This document shows, one piece after another, positions 37,301 through 45,815 of a stretch of 64,000 nt of DNA. Position 1 is the stretch's first letter. Every line of letters begins with the position of its first letter. Source of the stretch: Candidatus Latescibacterota bacterium (GTDB lineage: Bacteria > Latescibacterota > UBA2968 > GCA-2709665); NCBI GenBank assembly GCA_965222075.1, contig OZ244937.1:2272001-2336000 (forward strand), in the 5' to 3' direction. The position numbers and the translations under genes are program-made. Under the pieces are notes generated by a model. That model was not told the DNA's origin. It did no database searches and saw only the letters and a program-made list of their open reading frames with translations.

Positions 37301-37758
37301 CGACCCGAGAAAAGATAGGCACCCTCGAAGGCGCGGGGGGCGATGCGGTGGCGTTTTCGTCGGATGGGGCATTGCTCGTTTCCGGTTCCTGGCACACGGT
37401 CAGCCTATGGGACGTAGAGACATGGGAACAGCTCGCCACCCTGGAGGGGCATTCAGGTTCAGTTCATTCCGTGGCGTTTTTGAGCAACGGCACCGCCCTC
37501 GCGTCCGGCTCATGGGATGGCACGATGCTGCTGTGGGATATCTCGCCGTATACTACCGCCCAATCTCGCAAGCCCGACTTCGACGGCGACGGGACCGTTG
37601 GCTTTGCCGATTTTGTGCAGTTTGCGGCACAGTTCGGGTTAAGCCAGGGCGACGCGGGGTATGATGCGCGGTACGACCTGGATGGGGATGGCACCATCGG
37701 GTTTGGCGACTTTGTGATCTTTGCCAACGCCTTTGGGAAAGGAACTTCGTCGCTCTGA
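31225..37758 (+). CDS. secreted metzincin-like protease + WD40 arrays + 2 Ig-like domains + dockerin-like tail
   Basis: signal peptide; HEMGHAFGLLHD and YIMSY Met-turn; WD40 repeats; ISGDGQQG Ig domains; PDFDGDG tail (alternative GTG start 31213). Confidence 0.88.
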   Translation: MKPPVLRFTLFAMLGVFLCLPVAGHASPPPADSVHVCAYFDYEQWRRDHPRPAAKPLADLDVGEPRTVRMIYFLPNDRPFRQEVVDSMRVRIRQVQTFFAEQMEANGRSSGTLRIETDPQGEPLVHRVDGQHPDSHYLDVTGIVYEEIDQVFDLEENIYLIVVDNSIDAIGIGGGRLAGGTGGGYKKRGSALVPGSVFFNTVAHEMGHAFGLLHDFRDGEYIMSYGPGRTRLSACAAEFLAVNPYFNQDSSLESDWERRPTAELVSSPAYPAGTAGVPIQLRVGDRVGDSEGLHQVILFAVTRDIGITAGGSEIKACHGLAGEKDELVDFEYDGTIPSSFVSSLSDPIAHPIHVQVVNSEGDAGWTDFVLSEISPHLVATLEGHTSEVNSLAFSPDGATLASSGSWDNEIKLWHLKAKKPFVIATLRGHTDAVSSVSFSSPDGATLASGSWDRTIKLWDGKSGGLIATLEEHADGVTSVSFSSGGTTLASGSRDGTIKLWDVRTREEIGTLEGHTGEVTSVSFSPDGALLASAGGWGDRTVILWDVETLKQIGTLEGHTGEVTSVSFSPDGALLASAGGWGDRTVILWDVETLKQIGTLEGHASRINSLSLSAPDGALLATGSGDGTAIVWDLLTREKIAAFGHTKEVLSVSLSPGDATLAGGGRDGAILLWDVSEWTGARAFALEIVYGDGQQGAPGTGLAQPLVVEVRDQYGDPLSDAAVTFTVTAGEGKLSGRFAVEHATTDVNGRAELPLTLGLHPGPNTVGVSIGGRELATFTAQGVGTAVAELEGDYRTWHLPRAATVRLGKGALGESDRAVALSADGRCLAVASALGVWLYEAATSRALALLPTESPVHSVAFSLDGTLAAGLDNGQVELWEVETGERIGTLRHADWGGVAVVFSPDGTRLASGSSDQVIKVWDVETRREVGTWEVPREGNFLWPLSVAFSPDGTRLVSGFQDGTVRLWDIATQTELATLEGHTDRVTSVSFSPDGGLLASAGGWSDPTVRLWDAATQAQVAMLRGHRSEVRSVSFSSPDGATLASGAWDRTVRLWDVATRELINTLEEHTGPVHSVTFSRDGATLASGAADGRVLLRDLESRNAAGLAGHESSSSMVFSRDGALVASGSQDGTIKLWDAVTQTQIAVLEGHTARVAAVSFSPDGALLASAGGWDDPVKLWDVATRTQIGTLGHSRRINAMSFSSPDGARLAKGSSDGTITLWDVATREQIGTLEGHMDGVRSMSFSPDGATLASGGGHEDKTVKLWDVGTRELIGTLEGHEYEVNTVAFSPRGRMLVSGSHRTVKLWDVETREPIGALEGVGANAVSFSRDGTMLVSGSHRTVRLWDVATRRMITTLEGHARSVNHVALSRDQMNLITGSDDGTILLWDISEWTRPRPSALAVISGDGQQGEPGAALTHPLIVEVRDQYGDLLPEATVAFTVTAGEGQLSDRFTVEHITTDANGRAELILTLGPQPGQNIVGVTLGGHELATFTAQGVGTAVAELEGDYRTWHLPTAATVRLGKGALGESDRTVALSADGRCLAVASGIGVWLYEASTSRALALLPTESPVHSVAFSLDGTLAAGLDNGQVELWEVETGERTGTLRHANWGGVAVVFSPDGTKLASGSLEQVIKLWDIETRREVGTWEVPRDSDFYWDISVAFSPDGSRLVSGFQDGTVRLWDIATQTELATLEGHTDRVTSVSFSPDGGLLASAGGWSDPTVRLWDAATQTEVATLRGHTDEVRSVSFSSPDGATLASGAWDRTVRLWDVATQEEVATLEEHSGPVHSVSFSRDGATLISGAADGRVLLRDVETGNVAGLSGHGSLSSMALSPDGTLLASTGGWGDETVTLWDAATRTRIATLEGHTSSVTSVSFSSDGALLASGSWDRTVKLWNVGTRELVGTLEGHTSGVNAVAFTSDGATLASAGGRNDATVRLWDVGAHELIGTLEGHTNEVRSVAFTSDGATLASAGGDEDNTVKLWNVGTREEIGTLEGHTEGVNSVAFSHDDALLASGSWDGTVKLWNVATREKIGTLEGAGGDAVAFSSDGALLVSGSWHTVSLWDVETWEQLATLEGHSGSVHSVAFLSNGTALASGSWDGTMLLWDISPYTTAQSRKPDFDGDGTVGFADFVQFAAQFGLSQGDAGYDARYDLDGDGTIGFGDFVIFANAFGKGTSSL

Positions 37759-37911
37759 CTCTCTGGACGGTTTGAAATCGAAGGCGTTTTACGAGACAGG
37801 TTGTCCGCTTACGGGCACCTGTCTCTGACCATGACGCCGTAATGCAGGACGCCGACGCATCCGGCGATCAAGACGGTAGGATGGCCGTTTCTGGGTAAGG
37901 TGGATAACACC

Positions 37912-40900
37912 ATGAAACCTCCCGTTCTTCGTTTCACTCTATTGGCGATGCTCGGCGTCTTTCTCTGTCCGCCGGTAGCCGGCCATGCGTCGTCCCCTCC
38001 TGCCGACAGCACGCATTTCTGCGTGCCCTTCGATTACGAGCAGTGGCGGCGCGATCACCCCCGCCCGGCGGCCAAGCCGCTGGCGGATCTGAACGCGGGC
38101 GAACCACGCACGGTGCGTCTGATTCTCTTCTTGCCTAACGATCGTCCGTTTCGCGTCGGGTTGGTCGATTCGATAAAGACGGCGATCAAGCAGAGTCAAA
38201 CCTTCTTTGCCGAGCAGATGCAGGCGCACGGCTACGGCTACAAGACCTTCCGAATTGAAACCGATGCGCTGGGTGAGCCGCTGGTGCATCGCGTCGATGG
38301 TCAACACCCGGAGAGCCACTATTTCGAAAAGACCCCAGGCGTCCAGCATGAGCATTGGACGAGAGAAATCGAACAGGTGTTTGATCTTGAGGAGAACGTC
38401 TATGTCATCTACAGAGACATCACCAAGTACACCGGACCGGCCAACGGATACAGGTACACAAAAAAGCGAGGCACGGCGAACTTGCCAACGTCTGCGCGAT
38501 GGGGAGTCTTGGCCCATGAATTGGCTCACGCCTTCGGCCTCCCGCACGACTACCGGGATGGCGCGTACATCCTGTCCTACGGTGGACCGAGCCAATTCCC
38601 GGGTGCAAGCACCTGGGATCGAATCTCCGCGTGCGCTGCGGAATTCCTGTCCGTTAGTCCCTACTTCGATTCCGCTATCCCGATTGAAGAAGCCTCCCCA
38701 CCAACCATCAAACTCATTTCACCGAGCAAATACCCGGGTGGCTCAAAAAGCGTTTCCATCGAATTCGAAGTGAGTGATACCGAAGGACTTCATCAAGTGT
38801 TGCTATACACAAGCAGTGCTTACGGGTACAAGGGACTGAGGGAATGTCGTACGGTCGAGAGTCGAAGAGATGCTATCGTTGAGTTCGAATATGACGGGTC
38901 GTCGACGGCCGCCAATCCTGAATACGCCATAACAAGCCTTTCGGACTCTCTCCATTCGGTTGACGTGAGGGTAGTCGATACGGATGGAAACGTGACCGCG
39001 CTGGAGTTTGACCTTGTTCCGGACCAAGTGACCGATGCCCTCAAAGGACATACCGACTCCGTCAATACGGTGGCGTTTTCCCCCGATAGGACGACCCTGG
39101 CCTCGGGGTCGTCGGATGGCACGGTCAAGCTGTGGAACGTGTCACGCCGGGAGCTGCTTGGGACCCTGGAAGGACATGCACATCCGGTCAGGACGGTTGC
39201 ATTCTCCCGGGACGGGACCCTCGCTTCCGGGTCATTGAATGGCATCAGACTGTGGGACGTGACGACACAAAGCGAGATCGCTGTCCTGGAGGGGACCGCT
39301 CCGGTGGCGTTTTCCCCCGATGGGACTCTGCTTGCCTCCGGATCGGGGAACCGCACGATTGCGCTTTGGGACGCGAGGACACTCGAAAAGGTCGCCACCC
39401 TTGAAGGTCATACGGAGCAGATCAATACGGTAGCGTTTTCCCCTGATGGGACTCTGCTCGCCTCGGGGTCAGGGAACTTTGGTTCAGAGGATCAAACGGT
39501 CAGGCTGTGGGACGTAGCGAGACGCGAAGAGATCGCAACCTTTGAGCATACCGGGGCGATCTGGTCCGTGGCGTTTTCTCCCGATGGAGCCGTCCTCGCC
39601 TCGGCAGTGGGATCACCGGAAAATGTGGTCTGGATGTGGGACATGAGGACACGTAGAGAAGTAACCAGGCTCTGGCATTCTGGGGCGGTCTTGTCCGTGG
39701 CGTTTTCTCGCGGCGCATCCATCCTTGCTTCCGGATTCATTTCCGATCGGGGGGATGGCAAGGTCAGGCTATACGATCCCCTGACCCTGGATCTCATCGG
39801 CACCTTCCTGCCGTTCCAACCGCGCCGTGGCGGGGTCCGCTCGCTGGCGATTTCCCACGATGAGACCACCCTCGCCGCCGGGACAGAGTATCATACGATA
39901 GAGCTGCGAGATGTCTCCAAGTGGAAGCGGCCGCCCTTCCCATTCCGCCTGGAGGTCATCTCCGGCGACGGCCAGCAGGGCGCGCCCGGGGCGGCGTTGG
40001 CCCATCCCCTGATCGTGGAAGTGCGCGACCAGTACGGAGATCCCCTGCCGGACGCGTCCGTCACCTTCACGGTCACGGCTGGCGGGGGAACGCTGTCCGT
40101 AGAGACCGCCGCCACCGATGCCAACGGCCGCGCCGCCACCCTGCTGACTCTGGGGAGCCAGCAGGGGAAGAACACCGTTGTCGCAACGGTAGCCCATCTC
40201 GAGCCGGAGACGTCCACCGCGACTGCCAAAGCCGATCCCGACTTCGACGGCGACGGTACCGTTGGCTTTGCCGATTTTGTGCAATTTGCAGCACAGTTCG
40301 GGTTAGGTCAAGGCGATGCGGGATACGATGCACGGTACGATCTGGATGGGGATGGCGCCATCGGGTTCGGCGACTTTGTGATCTTTGCCAACGCCTTTGG
40401 AAAGAATCAGGCGGACGGCCCGAATCAGGCACCGAGGGCGGTAGAAAACATCGCCGACCAGGACATGATCCAGGGAGAGGGTGACGCTGTGTTGGATGTA
40501 TCCCCGTACTTCCGGGACGGAGATGGAGATGAGTTGACGTTCGCAGCGACGTCGAGCGACGAATCGGTAGCGACGGTCGCGGTATCCGGTTCGACGGCGA
40601 CAATCAAACCTGTATCGCCGGGCAATGCCACGGTGACGGTGAAAGCAACGGACCCGGGAGGATTGAGCGCCACGCAGCGTTTCCGGGTGAATGTGGAAGC
40701 CCCCGGCCCCCCACTGCCAGGCCCCTATGAACCGCTGGAATGGATCAGCGTCTCTCCCGGCCGGATCGTGTGGCGGCCCGTCTCCTTCATTCCCTTCAGG
40801 TGCCTCGGTTGGTCGGTTGCCACCGTAAACGGCGTTACGTACGAAATCCACTTTTCTCAGTGGCAGAGGAGAGACAACTCAAGAAGCCCCTGGACCGATA

Positions 40901-41070
40901 TCCCCGGTACGAGAAAAGCCAGAAAAATGTGCGGCTACACCCCTGACACATCGGGTGAATACAGACTCGTTATGGAGCTATCGATCAACGGAATCCGGGG
41001 ACGATACGCCAGTTCGAACACGATTACCGCGATATGCGATGGCGGAGAGTGTCGATTTTTCCAGCTATAG
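37912..41070 (+). CDS. secreted metzincin-like protease + WD40 + Ig-like + dockerin-like + captured C-terminal module
   Basis: HELAHAFGLPHD; WD40 repeats; PDFDGDG module; tail near-identical to 21089-22525. Confidence 0.88.
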   Translation: MKPPVLRFTLLAMLGVFLCPPVAGHASSPPADSTHFCVPFDYEQWRRDHPRPAAKPLADLNAGEPRTVRLILFLPNDRPFRVGLVDSIKTAIKQSQTFFAEQMQAHGYGYKTFRIETDALGEPLVHRVDGQHPESHYFEKTPGVQHEHWTREIEQVFDLEENVYVIYRDITKYTGPANGYRYTKKRGTANLPTSARWGVLAHELAHAFGLPHDYRDGAYILSYGGPSQFPGASTWDRISACAAEFLSVSPYFDSAIPIEEASPPTIKLISPSKYPGGSKSVSIEFEVSDTEGLHQVLLYTSSAYGYKGLRECRTVESRRDAIVEFEYDGSSTAANPEYAITSLSDSLHSVDVRVVDTDGNVTALEFDLVPDQVTDALKGHTDSVNTVAFSPDRTTLASGSSDGTVKLWNVSRRELLGTLEGHAHPVRTVAFSRDGTLASGSLNGIRLWDVTTQSEIAVLEGTAPVAFSPDGTLLASGSGNRTIALWDARTLEKVATLEGHTEQINTVAFSPDGTLLASGSGNFGSEDQTVRLWDVARREEIATFEHTGAIWSVAFSPDGAVLASAVGSPENVVWMWDMRTRREVTRLWHSGAVLSVAFSRGASILASGFISDRGDGKVRLYDPLTLDLIGTFLPFQPRRGGVRSLAISHDETTLAAGTEYHTIELRDVSKWKRPPFPFRLEVISGDGQQGAPGAALAHPLIVEVRDQYGDPLPDASVTFTVTAGGGTLSVETAATDANGRAATLLTLGSQQGKNTVVATVAHLEPETSTATAKADPDFDGDGTVGFADFVQFAAQFGLGQGDAGYDARYDLDGDGAIGFGDFVIFANAFGKNQADGPNQAPRAVENIADQDMIQGEGDAVLDVSPYFRDGDGDELTFAATSSDESVATVAVSGSTATIKPVSPGNATVTVKATDPGGLSATQRFRVNVEAPGPPLPGPYEPLEWISVSPGRIVWRPVSFIPFRCLGWSVATVNGVTYEIHFSQWQRRDNSRSPWTDIPGTRKARKMCGYTPDTSGEYRLVMELSINGIRGRYASSNTITAICDGGECRFFQL

Positions 41071-41385
41071 GCGGATGCGACGTGTACCTGCTCATTTCCC
41101 GCCAGCCGTTTCCGGGCACAAGATGACCTGAAATGAACATGATTTGGAGCAACCTGAACCCATGAAAACCTCCGTTCTCCAATCCGCGTTTCCTGCCTTA
41201 ATGGCATTCGTACTCTCGCTCCCGACCGTCGGCTATGCCTCTTCCTCCGCATTCGAGTGGCTGCTCCTCTACCGACACGCAGGAAGAGATTGTGAAAATT
41301 GTCTCCGCGCCGGTAGAAGAGCGCACCCTCGCGTAGCCGAACCGGGGCCGCCGAGATTTAGCATCCGGGTAAAGAGCAGGGGCCA

Positions 41386-44300
41386 ATGAAAAAAAGGGTA
41401 GTTAATCAGGTCACCCCGCTGTTGCCGCTGGCGACGTGCTTCTTCGCATTGTTCTGCCTCCCTTCTGTCAGTTCTGCGTCGCCCCCTCCTGCCGACAGCA
41501 CGCATTTCTGCGCCTTCGACGACTACGAGCAGTGGCGGCGCGATCACCCCCGCCCGGCGGCCAAGCCGCTGGCGGCTCTGAACGTGGGCGAACCGCGCAC
41601 CGTGCGGATGATCTACTTCCTGCCCAGCGACTGGCCGTACCGCGCCGATGTGGTCGATTCGATGAAGACGGTGATCAAGGAGAGCCAGACCTTCTATCGC
41701 GAGCAGATGCAGGCGCATGGCTACGGCGACTGGACCTTCCGCATCGAAACCGATGCGCAGGGCGAGCCGCTGGTGCATCGCGTGGACGGACAGCATCCCT
41801 TCAGCCACTACGACAACACCCTCGGTAGGGCGGTGGTCGACGAGCTTGGACAGACGTTCGACCGCGATGGGAACATCTATTTCATCGTCCTGGGTACTGA
41901 TGCGCTTCGTCAGGGCAATGGTCAGCCTGCGGGAGGGGTCGGACGGCGGCGCACGAAGAACGGCGGTGTGCTGGTGGTGCCGGATGACTTCAGTTTCTTC
42001 ACGGTTGCCCATGAACTCGGACATACCTTCGGCTTGTATCACGACTTCAGGGACAACCGGTACATCATGTCGTATGGATTTGATCAACGCGGGGTCCTGT
42101 CTGCGTGTGCCGCCGAATTTTTGTCCGTGCATACCTACTTCAATCCCGCCAGTCCGATTGAGGAGGGAACGCCGCCAACCGTCGAGATCACTTCGCCCAC
42201 GAGATATCAGCCAGGCACGACAAGCGTCCCGGTTCAACTTCAGCTCAGCGATCCAGAGGGACTTCATCAGGTGAGCCTGATTGCCAACGCGAAGCCGTGT
42301 CATGGATTGGCGGGACAAAAAGACGCTGTCGTAGAGTTCGACTTTGACGGCAGCTTCCGGCAACGCGGATTTACGAATCTTTCCGACCAGCCCATACATT
42401 ACCTTCTCATCGTCGCCGTCGATGCGGAAGGGAACGTAAGCGAGACGAATTCGTTCCTTGCCGAAAGCTCTCCCTATGAGATCGCTGTCCTGAGGGGAGA
42501 TGCGGACCACGTCGGGTCCGTGGCGTTTTCGCCCGTCGAATCCATTCTGGCTGCCGGGCCGGCGGGTTCTGGTTCGTTCATTCTGTGGGACGTGAGCACA
42601 CGCGAACGGATCGGGACTCTGGAAGGCGCGGGGGGCGCGGTTCCGTTTTCGATTGCGTTTTCACCCGAGGGAGCCATGCTCGCCGCGCCACGGGGTTTAG
42701 CGATCCAGCTGTGGGACGTAAGGAACCGGGAACTGATCGGCGCCTTCGAAGGACATACGAGTCGAATCAGATCCGTGGCGTTTTCCGCCGACGGGGCTCT
42801 ACTGGCTTCCGGGTCGGACGATCCCACGGTGAGGCTGTGGGACGTGGCACACCGACAGGAGATCGCTACCCTGGAAGGACATGCGGCGGAAGGACATGAG
42901 GCTCAGATCAATGCGGTGGCTTTTTCGCCCGATGGGACGCTGCTCGCCTCCGTGTCAGGCAATCATTCAGGCGATTATACGAAACCCGACGAAGGCACCG
43001 TCAGGCTGTGGGACGTGGAAAGCCGAGCAGAAATCACCATCCCTGAGCGCACACGGGGGGCGGTAAGGCAGGTAGCATTTTCGCCCGATGGGAAAAGGCT
43101 CATCTGGGCTTCGTCGCCAGATGACCAGGTCACGCTGTGGGACGTGGAGAGTCGGGAACCGATAGCGGCCTTTGAGGGGTCGAGCTTCGCGTTGTCCCCC
43201 GATGGCGCCATCCTGGCTTGCTTTTCGGGGACGATCACACTGTGGGAGGTGGGGACGGGAAGACAGATCGTCACTCTGCCAGATGCATTTCTCAGTGAGA
43301 GCTTGTCCTTTTCGCCCGACGGCGCGATTCTCGCCGCCGGGTCGTGGTCGTACGGCACGATCACGCTGTGGGACGTGTCGGAGTGGACGGGGCCTCGTCC
43401 CTCGGCCCTGGAGATCATCTCCGGCGACGGCCAGCAGGGCGCGCCCGGCGCCGCGTTGACCCGGCTCCTGGTGGTGGAGGTACGGGATCAGTACGGCAAC
43501 CTCCTGCCCGATGCGGCGGTCACCTTCACGGTCACCGCCGGGGAAGGCCAGCTCAGCGGCCGGTTCACGGTGGAGCACATCACCACCGATGCCGACGGCC
43601 GGGCGGAGCTGATCCTTACCCTGGGTCCTCAACCGGGGCAGAATATCGTGGGCGTGACCCTCGGGGGGCACGAGCTGGCGACGTTTACCGCCGAGGGTGT
43701 GGGCACGGCGGTGGCGGAGCTGGAGGAGGACTACCGGACCTGGCATCTGCCCACGGCAGCGACGGTGCGTCTGGGAAAGGGCGCCCTGGGAGAAAGCGAC
43801 CGGGCGGTAGCTCTATCAGCGGACGGCCGATGTCTGGCCGTGGCCAGCGGCATCGGCGTGTGGCTGTACGAGGCGTCCACGTCTCGTGCTCTGGCGCTGC
43901 TGCCGAGTGAGAGTGCGGTCCATTCGGTGGCGTTCTCCCTCGGCGGCACCCTGGCTGCAGGACTGGACAACGGCCGGGTCGAGCTGTGGGAGGTGGAGAC
44001 CGGTGAGCGGACCGGCACGCTGAGGCATGCGGATTGGGGCCGGGTCACGGTGGTGTTCTCGCCGGATGGGACGAGGCTGGCTTGCGGGTCATTGGAGCAG
44101 GTCATCAAGCTGTGGGATGTGGAGACCAGGCGCGAGGTGGGCACCTGGGAGGTGCCGCGGGAAGGCAATTCAGTTTGGCCCCTCTCGGTGGCCTTTTCGC
44201 CGGATGGGACGAGGCTGGTATCGGGGTTTCAGGATGGCACGGTCAGGCTGTGGGACATAGCGACACAGACGGAGTTGGCCACCCTGGAGGGGCATACGGA

Positions 44301-45726
44301 TCGGGTCACATCGGTGTCGTTTTCGCCCGATGGCGGCTTGCTGGCTTCGGCCGGGGGGTGGAGTGATCCCACGGTCCGGCTGTGGGACGCGGCGACCCAA
44401 ACGGAGGTGGCCACGCTGAGGGGGCATACCAGTGAGGTGCGTTCGGTGTCGTTTTCTTCGCCTGACGGCGCCACCCTGGCTTCCGGGGCATGGGACCGCA
44501 CGGTTCGACTGTGGGACGTGGCCACACAAGAGGAGGTGGCCACCCTGGAAGAGCATAGTGGTCCGGTCCATTCCGTGTCGTTCTCGCGCGATGGCGCGAC
44601 CCTAATCTCCGGGGCCGCGGACGGCAGGGTGCTGCTGCGGGATGTGGAAACGGGCAATGTCGCAGGGCTCTCCGGTCACGGATCCTTGTCCTCGATGGCG
44701 CTTTCGCCCGATGGCGACCTTCTGGCTTCGGGGTACCAGGACGGCACGGTCCGGCTGTGGGATGCGGCGACACGGACACGGATCGCCACTCTTGAGGGGC
44801 ATACGTCCGGGGTCGGTTCGGTGTCTTTTTCTTCGGACGGCGCCACCCTGGCTTCCGGGGCATGGGACCGCACGGTCAAGCTGTGGAACGTGGGAACCCG
44901 AGAACTGGTCGGGACGCTGGAAGGGCATACGTCTGGAGTCAACGCAGTGGCGTTCTCGCCCGATGACGCCACCCTGGCTTCAGCCGGGGGTTGGAATGAT
45001 GCCACCGTGAGACTGTGGGACGTGGCGACACGGACGGAGATCGCCACCCTCGAAGGGCATACGCATTCGGTCCTTTCGGTGGCGTTTTCGCACGATGGCG
45101 CCACCCTGGCTTCGGGAGGGGGCTATGAAGACAACACGGTCAAGCTGTGGAACGTGGCGACCCGAGAAGAGATAGGCACCCTGGAAGGGCATGAGTACGA
45201 GGTCAATACAGTGGCGTTTTCGCCCGACGGGACCACCTTGGCCTCCGTCTCGTGGGATGGCACCAGACTATGGACTGTAAGGACCCGAGAACCGATCGCT
45301 AACCTTGAAGACGCGGGGGGCCAATCGGTGGCCTTCTCGTCGGATGGAGCATTGCTCGTTTCCGGTTCCTGGGGGACGGTCAGCCTATGGGACGTAGAGA
45401 CACGGGAACAGATCGTCACACTGGAGGGGCATTCAGGTTCAGTTCATTCCGTGGCGTTTTTGAGCGACGGCACCGCCCTCGCGTCCGGGTCAGAGGACGG
45501 CACGATGCTGCTGTGGGATATTGCGCCGTACACCGCCGCTCAAACCTCCAACCCCGACTTCGACGGCGACGGGACCGTTGGCTTTGGCGATTTTGTGCAG
45601 TTTGCAGCACGGTTCGGGTTAAGTCAAGGCGACGCGGGATACGATGCGCGGTACGATCTGGATGGGGATGGTACCATCGGGTTCGGCGATTTCGTGATTT
45701 TCGCCAACGCCTTTGGGAAGAATTAA
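41386..45726 (+). CDS. secreted metzincin-like protease + WD40 arrays + Ig-like + dockerin-like tail
   Basis: HELGHTFGLYHD, YIMSY; WD40 repeats; PDFDGDG tail. Confidence 0.88.
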   Translation: MKKRVVNQVTPLLPLATCFFALFCLPSVSSASPPPADSTHFCAFDDYEQWRRDHPRPAAKPLAALNVGEPRTVRMIYFLPSDWPYRADVVDSMKTVIKESQTFYREQMQAHGYGDWTFRIETDAQGEPLVHRVDGQHPFSHYDNTLGRAVVDELGQTFDRDGNIYFIVLGTDALRQGNGQPAGGVGRRRTKNGGVLVVPDDFSFFTVAHELGHTFGLYHDFRDNRYIMSYGFDQRGVLSACAAEFLSVHTYFNPASPIEEGTPPTVEITSPTRYQPGTTSVPVQLQLSDPEGLHQVSLIANAKPCHGLAGQKDAVVEFDFDGSFRQRGFTNLSDQPIHYLLIVAVDAEGNVSETNSFLAESSPYEIAVLRGDADHVGSVAFSPVESILAAGPAGSGSFILWDVSTRERIGTLEGAGGAVPFSIAFSPEGAMLAAPRGLAIQLWDVRNRELIGAFEGHTSRIRSVAFSADGALLASGSDDPTVRLWDVAHRQEIATLEGHAAEGHEAQINAVAFSPDGTLLASVSGNHSGDYTKPDEGTVRLWDVESRAEITIPERTRGAVRQVAFSPDGKRLIWASSPDDQVTLWDVESREPIAAFEGSSFALSPDGAILACFSGTITLWEVGTGRQIVTLPDAFLSESLSFSPDGAILAAGSWSYGTITLWDVSEWTGPRPSALEIISGDGQQGAPGAALTRLLVVEVRDQYGNLLPDAAVTFTVTAGEGQLSGRFTVEHITTDADGRAELILTLGPQPGQNIVGVTLGGHELATFTAEGVGTAVAELEEDYRTWHLPTAATVRLGKGALGESDRAVALSADGRCLAVASGIGVWLYEASTSRALALLPSESAVHSVAFSLGGTLAAGLDNGRVELWEVETGERTGTLRHADWGRVTVVFSPDGTRLACGSLEQVIKLWDVETRREVGTWEVPREGNSVWPLSVAFSPDGTRLVSGFQDGTVRLWDIATQTELATLEGHTDRVTSVSFSPDGGLLASAGGWSDPTVRLWDAATQTEVATLRGHTSEVRSVSFSSPDGATLASGAWDRTVRLWDVATQEEVATLEEHSGPVHSVSFSRDGATLISGAADGRVLLRDVETGNVAGLSGHGSLSSMALSPDGDLLASGYQDGTVRLWDAATRTRIATLEGHTSGVGSVSFSSDGATLASGAWDRTVKLWNVGTRELVGTLEGHTSGVNAVAFSPDDATLASAGGWNDATVRLWDVATRTEIATLEGHTHSVLSVAFSHDGATLASGGGYEDNTVKLWNVATREEIGTLEGHEYEVNTVAFSPDGTTLASVSWDGTRLWTVRTREPIANLEDAGGQSVAFSSDGALLVSGSWGTVSLWDVETREQIVTLEGHSGSVHSVAFLSDGTALASGSEDGTMLLWDIAPYTAAQTSNPDFDGDGTVGFGDFVQFAARFGLSQGDAGYDARYDLDGDGTIGFGDFVIFANAFGKN

Positions 45727-45815
45727 AGAATCAGGGAAAACGAGAAGCCTGCGATCATGAACCTGAAGACACTCTGTCATCGCGGTTTGATCAAAGGCGG
45801 TGGTGAGGAGCCGTT

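Noticed and set aside
9531-45419. Long antisense and alternate-frame ORFs over the WD40/LRR/rSAM genes (e.g. 10878-12605, 25413-26726)
   Set aside because: Shadows of repetitive or GC-rich coding strands, with no independent motifs
9433-45726. Diversity-generating retroelement behind the repeated segments
   Set aside because: No reverse transcriptase in the window, and differences between repeat copies do not appear adenine-specific
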